Of a DNA stretch of 28,787 nt, positions 18,280-28,173 are shown one piece after another (the first letter of the stretch is position 1; every line of letters starts with the position of its first letter). Origin of the DNA: Cyanobacteria bacterium P01_D01_bin.156 (GTDB taxonomy: Bacteria; Cyanobacteriota; Cyanobacteriia; Phormidesmidales; Phormidesmidaceae); contig JBCCQQ010000072.1 in assembly GCA_039024555.1 (NCBI GenBank), forward strand, positions 1-28,787. The letters are read 5' to 3'. A model generated the notes under the pieces. The model did not search any database. It saw nothing but the letters and a program-made list of their open reading frames with translations, and had not been told where the DNA came from. A program made the translations under genes and the position numbers.

Positions 18280-18930
18280 ATGGACCATCGATATTTAATT
18301 TTTTACAAACCCTACGATGTCCTGAGTCAATTTACTGATGCTGAACGCACCACCCTCAAATCCTTTATTCCGGTCCCTGATGTTTACCCTGTAGGACGTC
18401 TAGATCGCGATAGCGAAGGGCTTTTGCTGCTAACCGACGACGGTCCTCTCCAGCATCGGTTATGTCATCCCCGCTTTCGTCATCCCCGCACCTATTGGGC
18501 CCAAGTGGAGCGCATCCCCGATGCAGCTAGTTTGGAGCAACTCCGACAGGGTGTGACCATTCGCGGAAACTACACCACTCTGCCAGCCCAGGTAAAGCTA
18601 CTGGAACCGGCTCCGATGCTACCGCCGCGTAATCCCCCCATTCGCTTTCGTAAACAGGTTCCTACCGCCTGGCTCGAACTCACCTTGAATGAGGGTAAAA
18701 ATCGACAGGTTAGACGGATGACCGCTGCCATTGGATTTCCCACATTGCGGCTGGTGCGCATTCGCATCGGACAACTACAGCTAGGACCGCTGCAGCCTGG
18801 TCAGTGGCGCTATCTCACCCCCAACGAACAGAGGAACTTAGGGCAGTTAGTTCCCAGTCAATCTGTAAAAGAGCAGCGTCACTCTAACCGGCGGCGTTCC
18901 CGACCCAAGTTTCGACAACGTTACAATTAG
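18280..18930 (+). CDS. rluE: RsuA-family rRNA pseudouridine synthase (RluE-like, no S4 domain)
   Basis: [46 protein letters not shown]. Confidence 0.9.
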   Translation: MDHRYLIFYKPYDVLSQFTDAERTTLKSFIPVPDVYPVGRLDRDSEGLLLLTDDGPLQHRLCHPRFRHPRTYWAQVERIPDAASLEQLRQGVTIRGNYTTLPAQVKLLEPAPMLPPRNPPIRFRKQVPTAWLELTLNEGKNRQVRRMTAAIGFPTLRLVRIRIGQLQLGPLQPGQWRYLTPNEQRNLGQLVPSQSVKEQRHSNRRRSRPKFRQRYN

Positions 18931-19141
18931 CTTAAGTAAATTAAGCGGTGGTAGCCATACCAGCATTTTTATGATGGATCGGCTATGCTGAACGTTATTT
19001 AACTGTTATAGGTCCCTATTCTCCGTAGTCTTTAGAATTGCTCAAGAGCTAAGACTATTTTTAAGTTTGGGAATGGTGGATTATGGCATCGTTAGGCCAA
19101 TTAAGCTGCGACCCTTGTCCACAGCCTTCTATTACCCGCTA

Positions 19142-21049
19142 ATGATCATTTGCCCATACTGCGAATTTAATAACCCAACGGAGCATAGATTTTGCCAGTC
19201 ATGCGGGGCTCCCCTACAGCTGTGGCGGGCTTTAATTCTGCCAGGTACCCCATCTGTTTGGTTAACCCTTGATAAGGACACAGCCCCACTAGGTCAGCCT
19301 GAAGAGAATGACGCAGACATTTGGCAGCAGGTTATCGCCCAGGCTGAGGCCGGTACGACAGCAAATCTTTCACTCAATTACAGTCCCAATGATTGGCTGA
19401 GTGCTCGCCAGCGCTATCGTCTGATTGATCCCTTGACCGCCAATGCGGAAGGGCCATCCCTGCTGGAAGTGAAGGTGATGGATACCAAACCCGATGATGT
19501 GCTCCCTGCGCTGACCCAACAGCAGTACAGCCTTAAAGTATCCAGGGCAGAGGACGGTGATGGGGCAGACGAACCACGATTTCCCATCATGGTCTATCCC
19601 TATCTGGCCCTATACAATCGCTTTTTTCCCAGTCTACCGGAACTACAGCAGGCTTGGATTGAAGCTGATCACAGTATTTTGATTGTTGAAGATCGACAGC
19701 ATTTACCTGACCTGCTAACCGTCTGGCAACAAGCCACCCTTGACCCGCTCCAGCAGGTCCATAGCTTCTATGTGATGGTGGAGCTATGGGAAGCCATGAC
19801 GGTCTTTAGGGGACAGGGTAATTTGCTAAATATTGGCAATCTTTGCATGGATGAGGACCAGATTGTCTGTCTACGTTCCATTGAAGTAGGTCCATATCGC
19901 AATGACTATCGTTTGGCTGATATGGGATTGCTGTGGCAGTCATTGTTGCAATCCAATGTGCAGTCTTTACCAGATCTAAAGGACCTCGCGAGTCAAGTGA
20001 CCGAAGGCCAGCTGAGCGATATTGATGCTATGAAAGAGGCACTGGTTGCGATCGCAGATAAGTATCAACTTGGCACCGATATTTCTACCACTCTTTCCGA
20101 AACCACCTCTGGGACAAGTGCATTAACGGACCTAGATATACCAGGGTTAGAGGGGTTAGATCTGATGGACGATTCCACTATGGATAGCATCGATTCCCCC
20201 ACCATGGTGCTCCCCATGAAACTCACTGGTCTAGAGGATGCAGGCCAATCCCATGTGGGGCAACAACGGGACCATAATGAAGACAACTACTATATAAAAT
20301 CGGCCCTAAGCCGTCAGGAAACCCTATCCAGTCAGAGCTTGGATGCTAGCTGCGCCTATATTCTCTGCGATGGTATGGGGGGACATTCTGGTGGCGAAAT
20401 CGCAAGTCAGCTAGCGGTAGATACCCTACGCCAGTATTTAGAAGACCATTGGCAATCCGAACTGCCCAATGAGCCAGAGCTTCGTAAAGCCATTAGCCTA
20501 GCTAATCAGGTCATCTACGACAAAAATCAATCAGAGGAGCGCACTGGCAGCGCTCGCATGGGGACTACCCTAGTCATGCTTTTAGTGAAGGGAACCCAGG
20601 CTGTAGCCGCCCATGTGGGGGATAGCCGTCTTTACCGTTACACCAAACGCCTAGGACTACAGCAAATCACCGTTGATCATGAAGTTGGACAACGGGAAAT
20701 TAAGCGAGGGGTGGAGCCGACCATTGCCTATGCCCGTCCTGATGCTTACCAGTTAACCCAGGCCCTAGGTCCCTGTGGAGATGATGTCTTAGACCCCAGT
20801 TTTAACTATCTCAACCTTACAGAAGACACCTTATTGTTGCTGTGCTCTGACGGACTCAGTGATGATCGCCTGTTGGAAACCCACTGTTCCACCCACATTG
20901 AACCTATTCTGAGGGGGCATAAGGGAATTGAAGAGGGTGTGGCGGACCTGATTGAACTGGCTAATGAAGAGAATGGCCACGACAATATTACGGCTCTAGT
21001 GGTGAAGCTAAAGGTTAAACCCGATCTTTCCAAACTCCAGGCTGTTTAA
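19142..21049 (+). CDS. Ser/Thr protein phosphatase PP2C with N-terminal zinc ribbon (PRK14559-like)
   Basis: MIICPYC...FCQSCG zinc ribbon; PP2C motifs GQQRDHNED, CDGMGG, MGTT, HVGDSR, CSDGL, GHDNIT. Start at ATG 19142. Confidence 0.93.
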   Translation: MIICPYCEFNNPTEHRFCQSCGAPLQLWRALILPGTPSVWLTLDKDTAPLGQPEENDADIWQQVIAQAEAGTTANLSLNYSPNDWLSARQRYRLIDPLTANAEGPSLLEVKVMDTKPDDVLPALTQQQYSLKVSRAEDGDGADEPRFPIMVYPYLALYNRFFPSLPELQQAWIEADHSILIVEDRQHLPDLLTVWQQATLDPLQQVHSFYVMVELWEAMTVFRGQGNLLNIGNLCMDEDQIVCLRSIEVGPYRNDYRLADMGLLWQSLLQSNVQSLPDLKDLASQVTEGQLSDIDAMKEALVAIADKYQLGTDISTTLSETTSGTSALTDLDIPGLEGLDLMDDSTMDSIDSPTMVLPMKLTGLEDAGQSHVGQQRDHNEDNYYIKSALSRQETLSSQSLDASCAYILCDGMGGHSGGEIASQLAVDTLRQYLEDHWQSELPNEPELRKAISLANQVIYDKNQSEERTGSARMGTTLVMLLVKGTQAVAAHVGDSRLYRYTKRLGLQQITVDHEVGQREIKRGVEPTIAYARPDAYQLTQALGPCGDDVLDPSFNYLNLTEDTLLLLCSDGLSDDRLLETHCSTHIEPILRGHKGIEEGVADLIELANEENGHDNITALVVKLKVKPDLSKLQAV

Positions 21050-21076
21050 GGAATGGGCCGCTCTTTGTGTTGGCAA

Positions 21077-21127
21077 TAGGGTGATGACGTTAGACATGTA
21101 CTCAAAACAGTCTCACGTCATTTCCTA
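21077..21127. terminator. Imperfect hairpin between convergent PP2C and speA genes
   Basis: TAGGGTGATGACGTTAGAC (21077-21095) pairs imperfectly with GTCTCACGTCATTTCCTA (21110-21127). Confidence 0.55.
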
Positions 21128-21170
21128 CTCTGAGGCCCACACCACCAAATCCTCAATCCTGATAGCCCTC

Positions 21171-23138
21171 TCACGACAAGTAGGTATACCGGCTTAGGCT
21201 ATCCTCATAGTTTTGCAACAAAAGCTGTGCTTCTGGCAAAGTAATTTGTTTCTCTTTGAGAGAGATTTCTGAACGTCGTCGAATTTTCTCCACCAGGTCA
21301 TCGGCATTGTACTGCACATAGCTCAGTACTTCTTTCATCGTGTCTCCTTTAACGACATGTTCAATCGTGTATCCCTGGGGTGTGAGATGGATATGTACCA
21401 TATTGGTATCCCCAAAGAGATTATGGAGATTACCCATAATCTCTTGGTAGGCTCCATTTAGAAACATCCCTAAAAAGTAGGGTTCTGTCGGTTTAAGGTC
21501 GTGGAGTTCCAGCACCGATTTCACGCCATGCAAATCGATAAATCGGTCAATCTTGCCATCACTATCACAGGTTAAATCAGCCAGCGTGGCCCGACAAACA
21601 GGCTCCTCGTTCAAACGATGGATGGGCATGACAGGAAACAACTGATCAATCGCCCAGGTGTCCGGTGCCGACTGAAATACCGACAGATTGATGTAATAAA
21701 TAGATGCCATCATCTTTTCCAGCTCTGCCAAATCATCCGGCACATAGTCTTCTTGACGCAGTACCTCAACAATCTTTTGACAGCAGGCCCAAAAGAGATT
21801 TTCCACCCGCGCCCGTTCGGTCAAACTCAGATAACCAAAGTTGAATAAACTGACAGCCTCCCCTTTAAACTGTTCGGCATCGTGAAAAACCTCTTGGTAA
21901 TTTTGAGAATTGATACTTTTGTAGGCATCGTATAGCTCTTTGAGAATGGCATGATCTTTAGGAGATGGCTCAAAGGGAACCTGAGGCCGCACATCGCTAC
22001 TGCCCAGGACATCAAACACCAGTACCGACTGATGGGACGCAATGGCGCGACCACTTTCGCTAATTAATGTGGGTACTGGCAGATTTTTAGCAGAACAGGC
22101 CTCTTTGACCTCAGCCACCACATCGTTGGCATAGTTTTGGGTGCTGTAATTTTTGGAAGCGGGCATGTTTGTTTTGGAGCCGTTATAGTCCACCCCTAAA
22201 CCGCCCCCCACATCTAGGTACTGCATATTTGCTCCCAGCTTTGCCAGTTCTACATAGATTTGGCAGGCTTCTCGCAGGGCGTCCTTGATAATGCTGATGG
22301 AGGAGGTTTGGGAACCAATGTGAAAGTGGAGCAACTGCAGACAACTCAGCATATCCGCTGCCTTTAGCTGCTCCACAACGGTCAAAATCTCAGGAATGGT
22401 TAGACCAAACTTAGCCCGGTCCCCAGCGGACCCACCCCAGCGCCCCATGCCTTTGGTGCAGAGCTTGGCCCGCACACCTAATCGGGGCTGAATCTTTAGC
22501 TGCTGACTTACATCGATCACTAGGGGGAGTTCGTCTAATTGCTCTAGCACAATGATGGGTTTCTGCCCCAGCTTTTGCCCCAGCATCACGGTTTCCAGAT
22601 AGGCCCTATCTTTGTAGCCATTGCAAATAATCAAGGCTCCAGGGGTATTGAGCGTAGCAAGGGCAATCATCAGTTCTGGTTTAGACCCTGCTTCTAACCC
22701 AAACTGATGCTGTTGGCCAAAGTTAACTAAGTCTTCGATCAGATGACGTTGCTGATTGCATTTGATGGGAAACACTCCCCGATAGCAGCCTTCATAACCG
22801 TATTTGCTGATGGCCTTGGCAAAACAAGCATTGAGACGCTCAATCCGGTCTTCAAGGATGTCGGAAAAACGCACCAGGATGGGTAAAGATAAATTTCGGG
22901 CCTGCAGAGCTTGAATCAATTTATGAAGGTCCAAAGAACCGCCACGATCCCCCTGGGGAGAGACAATCACATTCCCTGCAGCATTAATAGAGAAATAGGG
23001 ATCTCCCCAACCGTTAATGCGATAGAGCTCTTCACTATCTTCAATGGACCACGATGCTTCCTTAGATGGGGAGTCTTGATTTAGGGATACGCTGGACTCA
23101 ACATCCGCCGCCAGCTGTTCGATTGAAACTGAGGTCAT
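21171..23138 (-). CDS. speA: Biosynthetic arginine decarboxylase
   Basis: LYRINGWG, FPIKCNQ (PLP lysine), GLEAGSKPEL, HFHIGSQ, DVGGGLGVDY, SESGRA, DLTCDSDG, GAYQEIMGNLHNLFG. Confidence 0.98.
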   Translation of the reverse strand: MTSVSIEQLAADVESSVSLNQDSPSKEASWSIEDSEELYRINGWGDPYFSINAAGNVIVSPQGDRGGSLDLHKLIQALQARNLSLPILVRFSDILEDRIERLNACFAKAISKYGYEGCYRGVFPIKCNQQRHLIEDLVNFGQQHQFGLEAGSKPELMIALATLNTPGALIICNGYKDRAYLETVMLGQKLGQKPIIVLEQLDELPLVIDVSQQLKIQPRLGVRAKLCTKGMGRWGGSAGDRAKFGLTIPEILTVVEQLKAADMLSCLQLLHFHIGSQTSSISIIKDALREACQIYVELAKLGANMQYLDVGGGLGVDYNGSKTNMPASKNYSTQNYANDVVAEVKEACSAKNLPVPTLISESGRAIASHQSVLVFDVLGSSDVRPQVPFEPSPKDHAILKELYDAYKSINSQNYQEVFHDAEQFKGEAVSLFNFGYLSLTERARVENLFWACCQKIVEVLRQEDYVPDDLAELEKMMASIYYINLSVFQSAPDTWAIDQLFPVMPIHRLNEEPVCRATLADLTCDSDGKIDRFIDLHGVKSVLELHDLKPTEPYFLGMFLNGAYQEIMGNLHNLFGDTNMVHIHLTPQGYTIEHVVKGDTMKEVLSYVQYNADDLVEKIRRRSEISLKEKQITLPEAQLLLQNYEDSLSRYTYLS

Positions 23139-23252
23139 CGTGTATTTCCTTGAGCAGAGATATAATGATAATTTAAATTCATTCCTAACCTAGCTGTACG
23201 GTCATCAGTCGGTTTGCACAAACTAGCTGAAGCCTAAGGTATGTTGTTACCT

Positions 23253-23266
23253 GTAAGTATATTTAC
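23253..23266. promoter_or_regulatory. Possible NtcA box in the speA divergent promoter region
   Basis: (T)GTAAGTATATTTAC fits GTA-N8-TAC with an AT-rich spacer. Confidence 0.3.
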
Positions 23267-23405
23267 TGACGTTGCTGTTCCCCAGTGTGATGTCATCTAG
23301 AAAATACGGCTGCTAAGCGTGTTTTACGGAGCATTTCATCCTCTGAATTAGCACCGACAATGAACTCGGCAAAACTTTGCTGCTTAGATTATTTTAATTG
23401 GGTTT

Positions 23406-23999
23406 ATGAAGACACGTAATGCCCCCATATCAGTTTTTCCTGTACTGGGGGTTGATTTCTTAATTGCTCTGGTAGCTGCCATTGCCGCATTTCTATTTAG
23501 TCAGGCTGTTAGTTTGGCACTGTCCTCAGAAGCTATTAATCAAACCCTCCAAGCTCCCCCCTTAGGCTTGGTGGTGCTGTCTTGTATGGCTATTCCGCTG
23601 TTCTTCATTGTGGCGGATGTGCTCAATGCCCTGGGTAATCGTCTTAAATTACCGTTTTCCGGGAGCCGTCAACGGGCTCAGAAGATATATGCCCGAAGGA
23701 TTCATTTGGGTTTACTGGCGCTTTATTTTAATGCCATTTTGGTGGCCCTATGCTGGTCAGCGTCGGCCATGCCCATCATGTCTAAGATTTATTTAGCGTC
23801 GGTATTCGCGATCGCAATTTACGCCCTAGGCCAGAGCATTCCCTCCACCAAACTTAGCTTTACCCTTTCGGGAGCATTGTTTGTAATTGTTTTGATCGCC
23901 ACCCAAACCTTCATTATCACTAAGACCCAGGCCGAAGCCGAGCAAGCTGAGCAAGAGCTACGGGAACGCCTAGAAAGGGGTGGCAACTCTGACCGATAG
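23406..23999 (+). CDS. Hypothetical multi-pass membrane protein
   Basis: About five hydrophobic segments and a charged C-terminal helix; no family recognised. Confidence 0.75.
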   Translation: MKTRNAPISVFPVLGVDFLIALVAAIAAFLFSQAVSLALSSEAINQTLQAPPLGLVVLSCMAIPLFFIVADVLNALGNRLKLPFSGSRQRAQKIYARRIHLGLLALYFNAILVALCWSASAMPIMSKIYLASVFAIAIYALGQSIPSTKLSFTLSGALFVIVLIATQTFIITKTQAEAEQAEQELRERLERGGNSDR

Positions 24000-24005
24000 G
24001 GCTTG

Positions 24006-25568
24006 CTAGGAAAGCTCTACCACCGCCTGATTTTCAGCCAAGGTTTCTGCCGTCAGCAGATCTTCTACCGTTACCCGTAGTAGCCGCTCGCCATCCACCG
24101 TAAACTTCAAACGGATGCGGTCTTCTCCTGGCCTACCAGGCGGTGTCAAGGTGGCGATATTGGCGGCTTTTTCATTCAGGGGTTGAGCCGTTGCCTCACC
24201 CGTTTGGCGTGTAACCAGTCGATTACCTTCAAAATATACTTCAGTACTGCCTTGGTCACTACCCAGTTCACCGATGATCAGCTCAATACTCGGCTGCTGA
24301 TCGCTGGAAGCTCCGAGCACCAGTTCTACGGAGTTAGCCATGGGATAGGGTTGTCCCCGGGAAATAATCGGATGCCATCCGTGGCAGTTATTGCGCCGGT
24401 CCCAAAAGCGGATGCCATAGCCGTGATAGAGAAAATCCGTTAGCTGTACCTGCTGCAGCTGTAACGCCCCAGCTGCCACCGCCGTAAACGGGCGATCGCT
24501 ACACACCTTAGTGCTCGAAAATCGCTCCGTCACCCAGGTTTGAATGGCGGGAATTTGAGTAGTGCCCCCCACCAGTAGGACCGCATCAATATCCTCAATA
24601 TCCACACCCTGACGTCGCCCCTGTTGGAGAACCTGGGTGACCCGATCCTCTAAGCGATCAAAAAAGCCTTGCTGTTGCAGCACTGTTTCAAACTGCTCTC
24701 GGCTCAGGTTTAGCTCATAACTGTCAAAGGTTTCATCATCAAAATAGCTTTCACTGGCGTTGGTAGCCGTAGACAGCTGAATTTTTAACCGTTCTGCCAA
24801 TCGTATCGTCAGGGGAGAGAGTGGCATACCTGACTGTTCGCAGACCTGTTGAGCCACCCACTGATCAATGTCAGCGCCGCCTAGATTCTCTCCAGCTTTG
24901 GCCACCACTTTTGCCGTGGAGACTTTTTGGGCCGAATTACCCATGACCTTTTGGCCCCATTTGAGGATGTACCCCAGAGCCTGGGAACGGCGACCGCTCA
25001 GTTGCACAATGGCGATATCGAGGGTGCCCCCTCCAAAATCAATCACCAAGACAGTTTCATCATTAGTCAAGCCATAACCTAAGGCGGCAGCTGTTGGCTC
25101 GTCGATCATCCGTACCCGAGGGATATTCCAGGTCTGGCATAGCTGCCCCAACCAGCTGCGATAGGTTTCAAAACTATCGACAGGTACCGTGAGGACCACC
25201 TCGTCCAGGGCATCTTCCTGTTGTTTAAGCTGCTCAATAATTTGGCTTAAAAACCATTCTCCCAGCTGTTCAAAGGAGAGGGTACAGCCATCGAGAGCGG
25301 GCATAAACCCTTGGATGTCAGCACCAATTCCCCGCTTAAAGTTTTTAAAGCAGCGCTCCGATTGGTCCAGACCGAGATCGCGAACCGGTTGGCCGATGAC
25401 CACCTGATTTGTCTGGGCATTTTCCACATGCACCAAACTGGGCACTACCGTTGGACCAGGGGGCCGTTGGGCAACAGACTCTAGGGCAAGAACTTCTGAA
25501 GATTGGGTGGCTGCATTCCACCGACAGAGCACCGTGTTACTCGTGCCAAAATCAATTGCTAAAACCAT
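24006..25568 (-). CDS. Hsp70-family protein (atypical, lacking the helical lid)
   Basis: AIDFGTSNT, DEPTAAALGY, DFGGGTLD, LGGADID, LLVGGTTQIP; short C-terminal beta domain. Confidence 0.92.
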   Translation of the reverse strand: MVLAIDFGTSNTVLCRWNAATQSSEVLALESVAQRPPGPTVVPSLVHVENAQTNQVVIGQPVRDLGLDQSERCFKNFKRGIGADIQGFMPALDGCTLSFEQLGEWFLSQIIEQLKQQEDALDEVVLTVPVDSFETYRSWLGQLCQTWNIPRVRMIDEPTAAALGYGLTNDETVLVIDFGGGTLDIAIVQLSGRRSQALGYILKWGQKVMGNSAQKVSTAKVVAKAGENLGGADIDQWVAQQVCEQSGMPLSPLTIRLAERLKIQLSTATNASESYFDDETFDSYELNLSREQFETVLQQQGFFDRLEDRVTQVLQQGRRQGVDIEDIDAVLLVGGTTQIPAIQTWVTERFSSTKVCSDRPFTAVAAGALQLQQVQLTDFLYHGYGIRFWDRRNNCHGWHPIISRGQPYPMANSVELVLGASSDQQPSIELIIGELGSDQGSTEVYFEGNRLVTRQTGEATAQPLNEKAANIATLTPPGRPGEDRIRLKFTVDGERLLRVTVEDLLTAETLAENQAVVELS

Positions 25569-25628
25569 TAATGCTGTTCGTCTAAGAAGAAAGCGGCAGA
25601 CTTATTGAAGTAACTCGGGTGTTATGCG

Positions 25629-26213
25629 CTAGCTTGCGATCGCTAACCCCATCGCCTCTCCAAAAAACAGCCCCAAAAAACAAACACTCAAAATACCCAG
25701 GCTGCTGCGGGCACGCCCTGTTCCCAACAGCAAGCGATCGCCAGTGTAGGCAATCAATAAGCTACACATCGCCGTTAGCACTAACACCCCCAGATTAACT
25801 AGGAACAGCGTCAGCCCGGTCTGCCCAAAGCGAATAGCATCAATGTTGTCAGTTCCACCATACCCAACACCAACCGCTAGAGCCACCACCGACATGGCTA
25901 CACCTAGACATGTGCCCCAACGGGACAGAATAATCCGCCATCCCTTTACCGCTGACAGTGCCCTTGGTCCTGACAACATCAACGACTGCACTACCGTACC
26001 GGCAAATGCTAGGGGCCAAACCCATCCAGGGGGAGAAAATACCGACAACAAGACGCCCACCACACCATGCAAGACCAAAGCCAGAATCAGCCAGGGCCAA
26101 GGAATGACCGATACTGGACGGGCTCTACCCACCCGCTTAGGGGCATTGTTTGAAAAATTCTGATTGTTGAGGGGCTGATGATTCATAGCTATGGGAACGC
26201 TTTGCTGGGCCAC
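25629..26213 (-). CDS. Hypothetical multi-pass membrane protein
   Basis: Several hydrophobic helices; codirectional between narM and the Hsp70-like gene. Start uncertain (GTG 26213 or a later ATG). Confidence 0.75.
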   Translation of the reverse strand: MAQQSVPIAMNHQPLNNQNFSNNAPKRVGRARPVSVIPWPWLILALVLHGVVGVLLSVFSPPGWVWPLAFAGTVVQSLMLSGPRALSAVKGWRIILSRWGTCLGVAMSVVALAVGVGYGGTDNIDAIRFGQTGLTLFLVNLGVLVLTAMCSLLIAYTGDRLLLGTGRARSSLGILSVCFLGLFFGEAMGLAIAS

Positions 26214-26257
26214 ATTGATACTATAGCTTTGCCCCAGTGATGCACAATGTGGACACC

Positions 26258-26713
26258 CTAGGTAGCCAAACCAAACTCCTGCATAGCCGGTACAAAATTT
26301 CGATTTTCATGGCTAGGCCGACTTAACTTTATTAACGCAAACCGCTGCGATGGCGTTAATCCCTGCCATGTATCAGTATCAATGGTCAGACCGTGGGTAG
26401 CCGCCTGTTGCTCCACCTGTTCTGGCAGCGTGGTTGCCATCCATGGCAGTGGGTTGGGCACCTCAATTTCCTTAGCCGGCTGACCTGTGTAACCAGTTAC
26501 TAGGGACTGTAGGTAAGTCTGGTAGGCCACCACGGTCTCTTGAGTATCACAGGGCATAGTCACCAGTGTGCGTCGCTCTGTTTGGGAAAATTGATGCCAA
26601 TGATTGAGCTTTAGTTTGACCCCACAGGTATCCAGCTTTAGTCTGACCAGCATCGGAATGCAGCGTAACGAGTCGATAAATTCTTGCTCAAACCTAAAAC
26701 CGACTGCTTCCAT
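26258..26713 (-). CDS. narM: Nitrate reductase-associated protein NarM
   Basis: FRFEQEFIDSLRCIPMLVRLKLDTCGVKLKL...QRFALIKLSRPSHENRNF, typical of this family; GAGGTG RBS. Confidence 0.92.
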   Translation of the reverse strand: MEAVGFRFEQEFIDSLRCIPMLVRLKLDTCGVKLKLNHWHQFSQTERRTLVTMPCDTQETVVAYQTYLQSLVTGYTGQPAKEIEVPNPLPWMATTLPEQVEQQAATHGLTIDTDTWQGLTPSQRFALIKLSRPSHENRNFVPAMQEFGLAT

Positions 26714-27205
26714 ACCAGTTCACCTCAACTAACTAAACTCCGTAACCGTCTTACAGAGTGCACGAACATGGCTGATGTTGCTGTTCGACCACCGGCCACC
26801 GCCTCCCAACAAGGCTCTACAGCTGGCCATACATTTGTTTACAAACAAGCGACCTTTGAAAGCCTCAAATTGCCACACCTTCAGGGATTTTGACTGCTGA
26901 TGCTGCCCTATCTGCAATTTCTTTTGAAAATTAGCCATATGGTGTAAATAACTACGGTTTTTAATAGCTTTTTATTGCCGGTCATTGATTTTTGTAACGC
27001 CTTTACATAGAGCATTAAGCCCTGTAATTCCTTTGCTTGACTGCTCCAGGAAGTTGCGCGACACTGATTTGTACAATGATCGTAGATACTTGCAAAATCA
27101 ATGCTCTGTATTAACTTTTTATATGGAGTTTTAACACTTTATTGGTTATGTTTTGTCTACGTTTTGACCACAAATATGGCGTTTTCCCCTAAGAGGTAAC
27201 TCCCT

Positions 27206-27418
27206 TTGGAAACACTGGAATTTGTAATTTATCCTGATGGCCGAGTAAAGGAGCTGGTGACCGGCATTACTGGTCGCTCTTGCGCGGAGGTCACTGCTGC
27301 CATTGAGGCTCAGCTAGGTCAGGTTTTGTCACAGGAAAAGACGTCTGAATTTTACGCCCAGGAAAACAAGCTGACATCCGAACAAACTGATTCTCAGTCC
27401 AATTTCAGCAGTTGGTAA
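27206..27418 (+). CDS. DUF2997 family protein
   Basis: METLEFVIYPDGRVKELVTGITGRSCAEVTAAIEAQLG; AAGAGGT RBS, TTG start; usual position before ycf35. Confidence 0.9.
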   Translation: METLEFVIYPDGRVKELVTGITGRSCAEVTAAIEAQLGQVLSQEKTSEFYAQENKLTSEQTDSQSNFSSW

Positions 27419-27471
27419 ATCCAAATTAGTCCCCCATTGTTCAACGTCAACACACCAAAAAAGTTTTAAAA

Positions 27472-27867
27472 ATGTCGCACTTTAGCCAGATCAAAACCAA
27501 GATTCGCAACTTGCCTGCTCTACAGGCTGCCTTGACTGATGTGGGTGCTGACTGGAAAGCCGGTCCCCAGGCAGTTCGTGGTTACCAGGGTAAAACTGAG
27601 ACTGCTGAGGTTGTTATCGAGCAGGATAATGGCTACGACCTTGGCTTTAAGCGCAACGAAGAAACGGGTGATTATGAGCTAGTTGCTGATATGCAGTACT
27701 GGCAGCAGTCTTTGTCTGTAGATGGTTTTATTAACCAGGTTACGCAGCGCTACGCTTACCACACCGTGTTGAGCGAGACTTCTGATCAGGGTTTCCAGGT
27801 TGCTGAGCAAACCGTTGCGAAGGATGGTTCCATTCGCCTAGTGCTACAGCGTTGGTCTCAGAACTAG
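27472..27867 (+). CDS. ycf35: Ycf35 / DUF1257 family protein
   Basis: MSHFSQIKTKI, VRGYQG, YELVADMQYW, VTQRYAY, DGSIRLVLQRW. Confidence 0.93.
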   Translation: MSHFSQIKTKIRNLPALQAALTDVGADWKAGPQAVRGYQGKTETAEVVIEQDNGYDLGFKRNEETGDYELVADMQYWQQSLSVDGFINQVTQRYAYHTVLSETSDQGFQVAEQTVAKDGSIRLVLQRWSQN

Positions 27868-27890
27868 GACTTGAGGCAGTTAATTTCTGG

Positions 27891-27931
27891 AAGAGCGACT
27901 TGGGACTGTATGTCTCAGGTCGTTCTTTTTA
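27891..27931 (+). terminator. Rho-independent terminator after ycf35
   Basis: AAGAGCGACTTGGGAC-tgtat-GTCTCAGGTCGTTCTT forms a 16-bp stem with G:U pairs and runs into a T-tract. Confidence 0.8.
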
Positions 27932-28007
27932 TACCGTTGCTGATATGGTGTAAGCCAATTAGGTCTTTTGTAAGATGTTAATAGACTGTTTGAGCATTCG
28001 ATGTTTG

Positions 28008-28069
28008 CCCCCAAATCCCCAATTCTGGGGGCTTTGAATCTAGTCTCTCCAAGAATTGGGAAAAAGAGG
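28008..28069. repeat. Degenerate cyanobacterial small dispersed palindromic repeat
   Basis: CCCCCAAATCCCCAATTCTGGGGGCTTTGAA...CTCTCCAAGAATTGGGA; CCCAATTCT/AGAATTGGG arms resemble the CCCCCAGAATTGGGGG intergenic repeats of filamentous cyanobacteria. Confidence 0.6.
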
Positions 28070-28173
28070 ACTTGCTCTCTGACAGCTAATTGGGACTACC
28101 TACATGAATTCTCATGCCGAAGAACAGCAACGCCTTTGTTATAAAGCTCAGTGTCATTGATGGAGTGAGTATC

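Larger units (their letters stand above)
3346..25741. repeat. Dispersed HIP1 octamers (GCGATCGC)
   Basis: Seen at 3346, 5756, 5873, 10433, 13838, 17508, 20048, 23808, 24492, 25636 and 25734 (manual scan, may be incomplete). Confidence 0.9.

Noticed and set aside
26684..26938. Overlapping 69-aa ORFs on both strands upstream of narM
   Set aside because: No family resemblance or convincing RBS. Probably non-coding, though an sRNA cannot be excluded.
26943..27007. NtcA boxes upstream of narM / DUF2997
   Set aside because: The dyads are GTA-N6-TAC and GTA-N7-TAC, not the N8 spacing NtcA requires.
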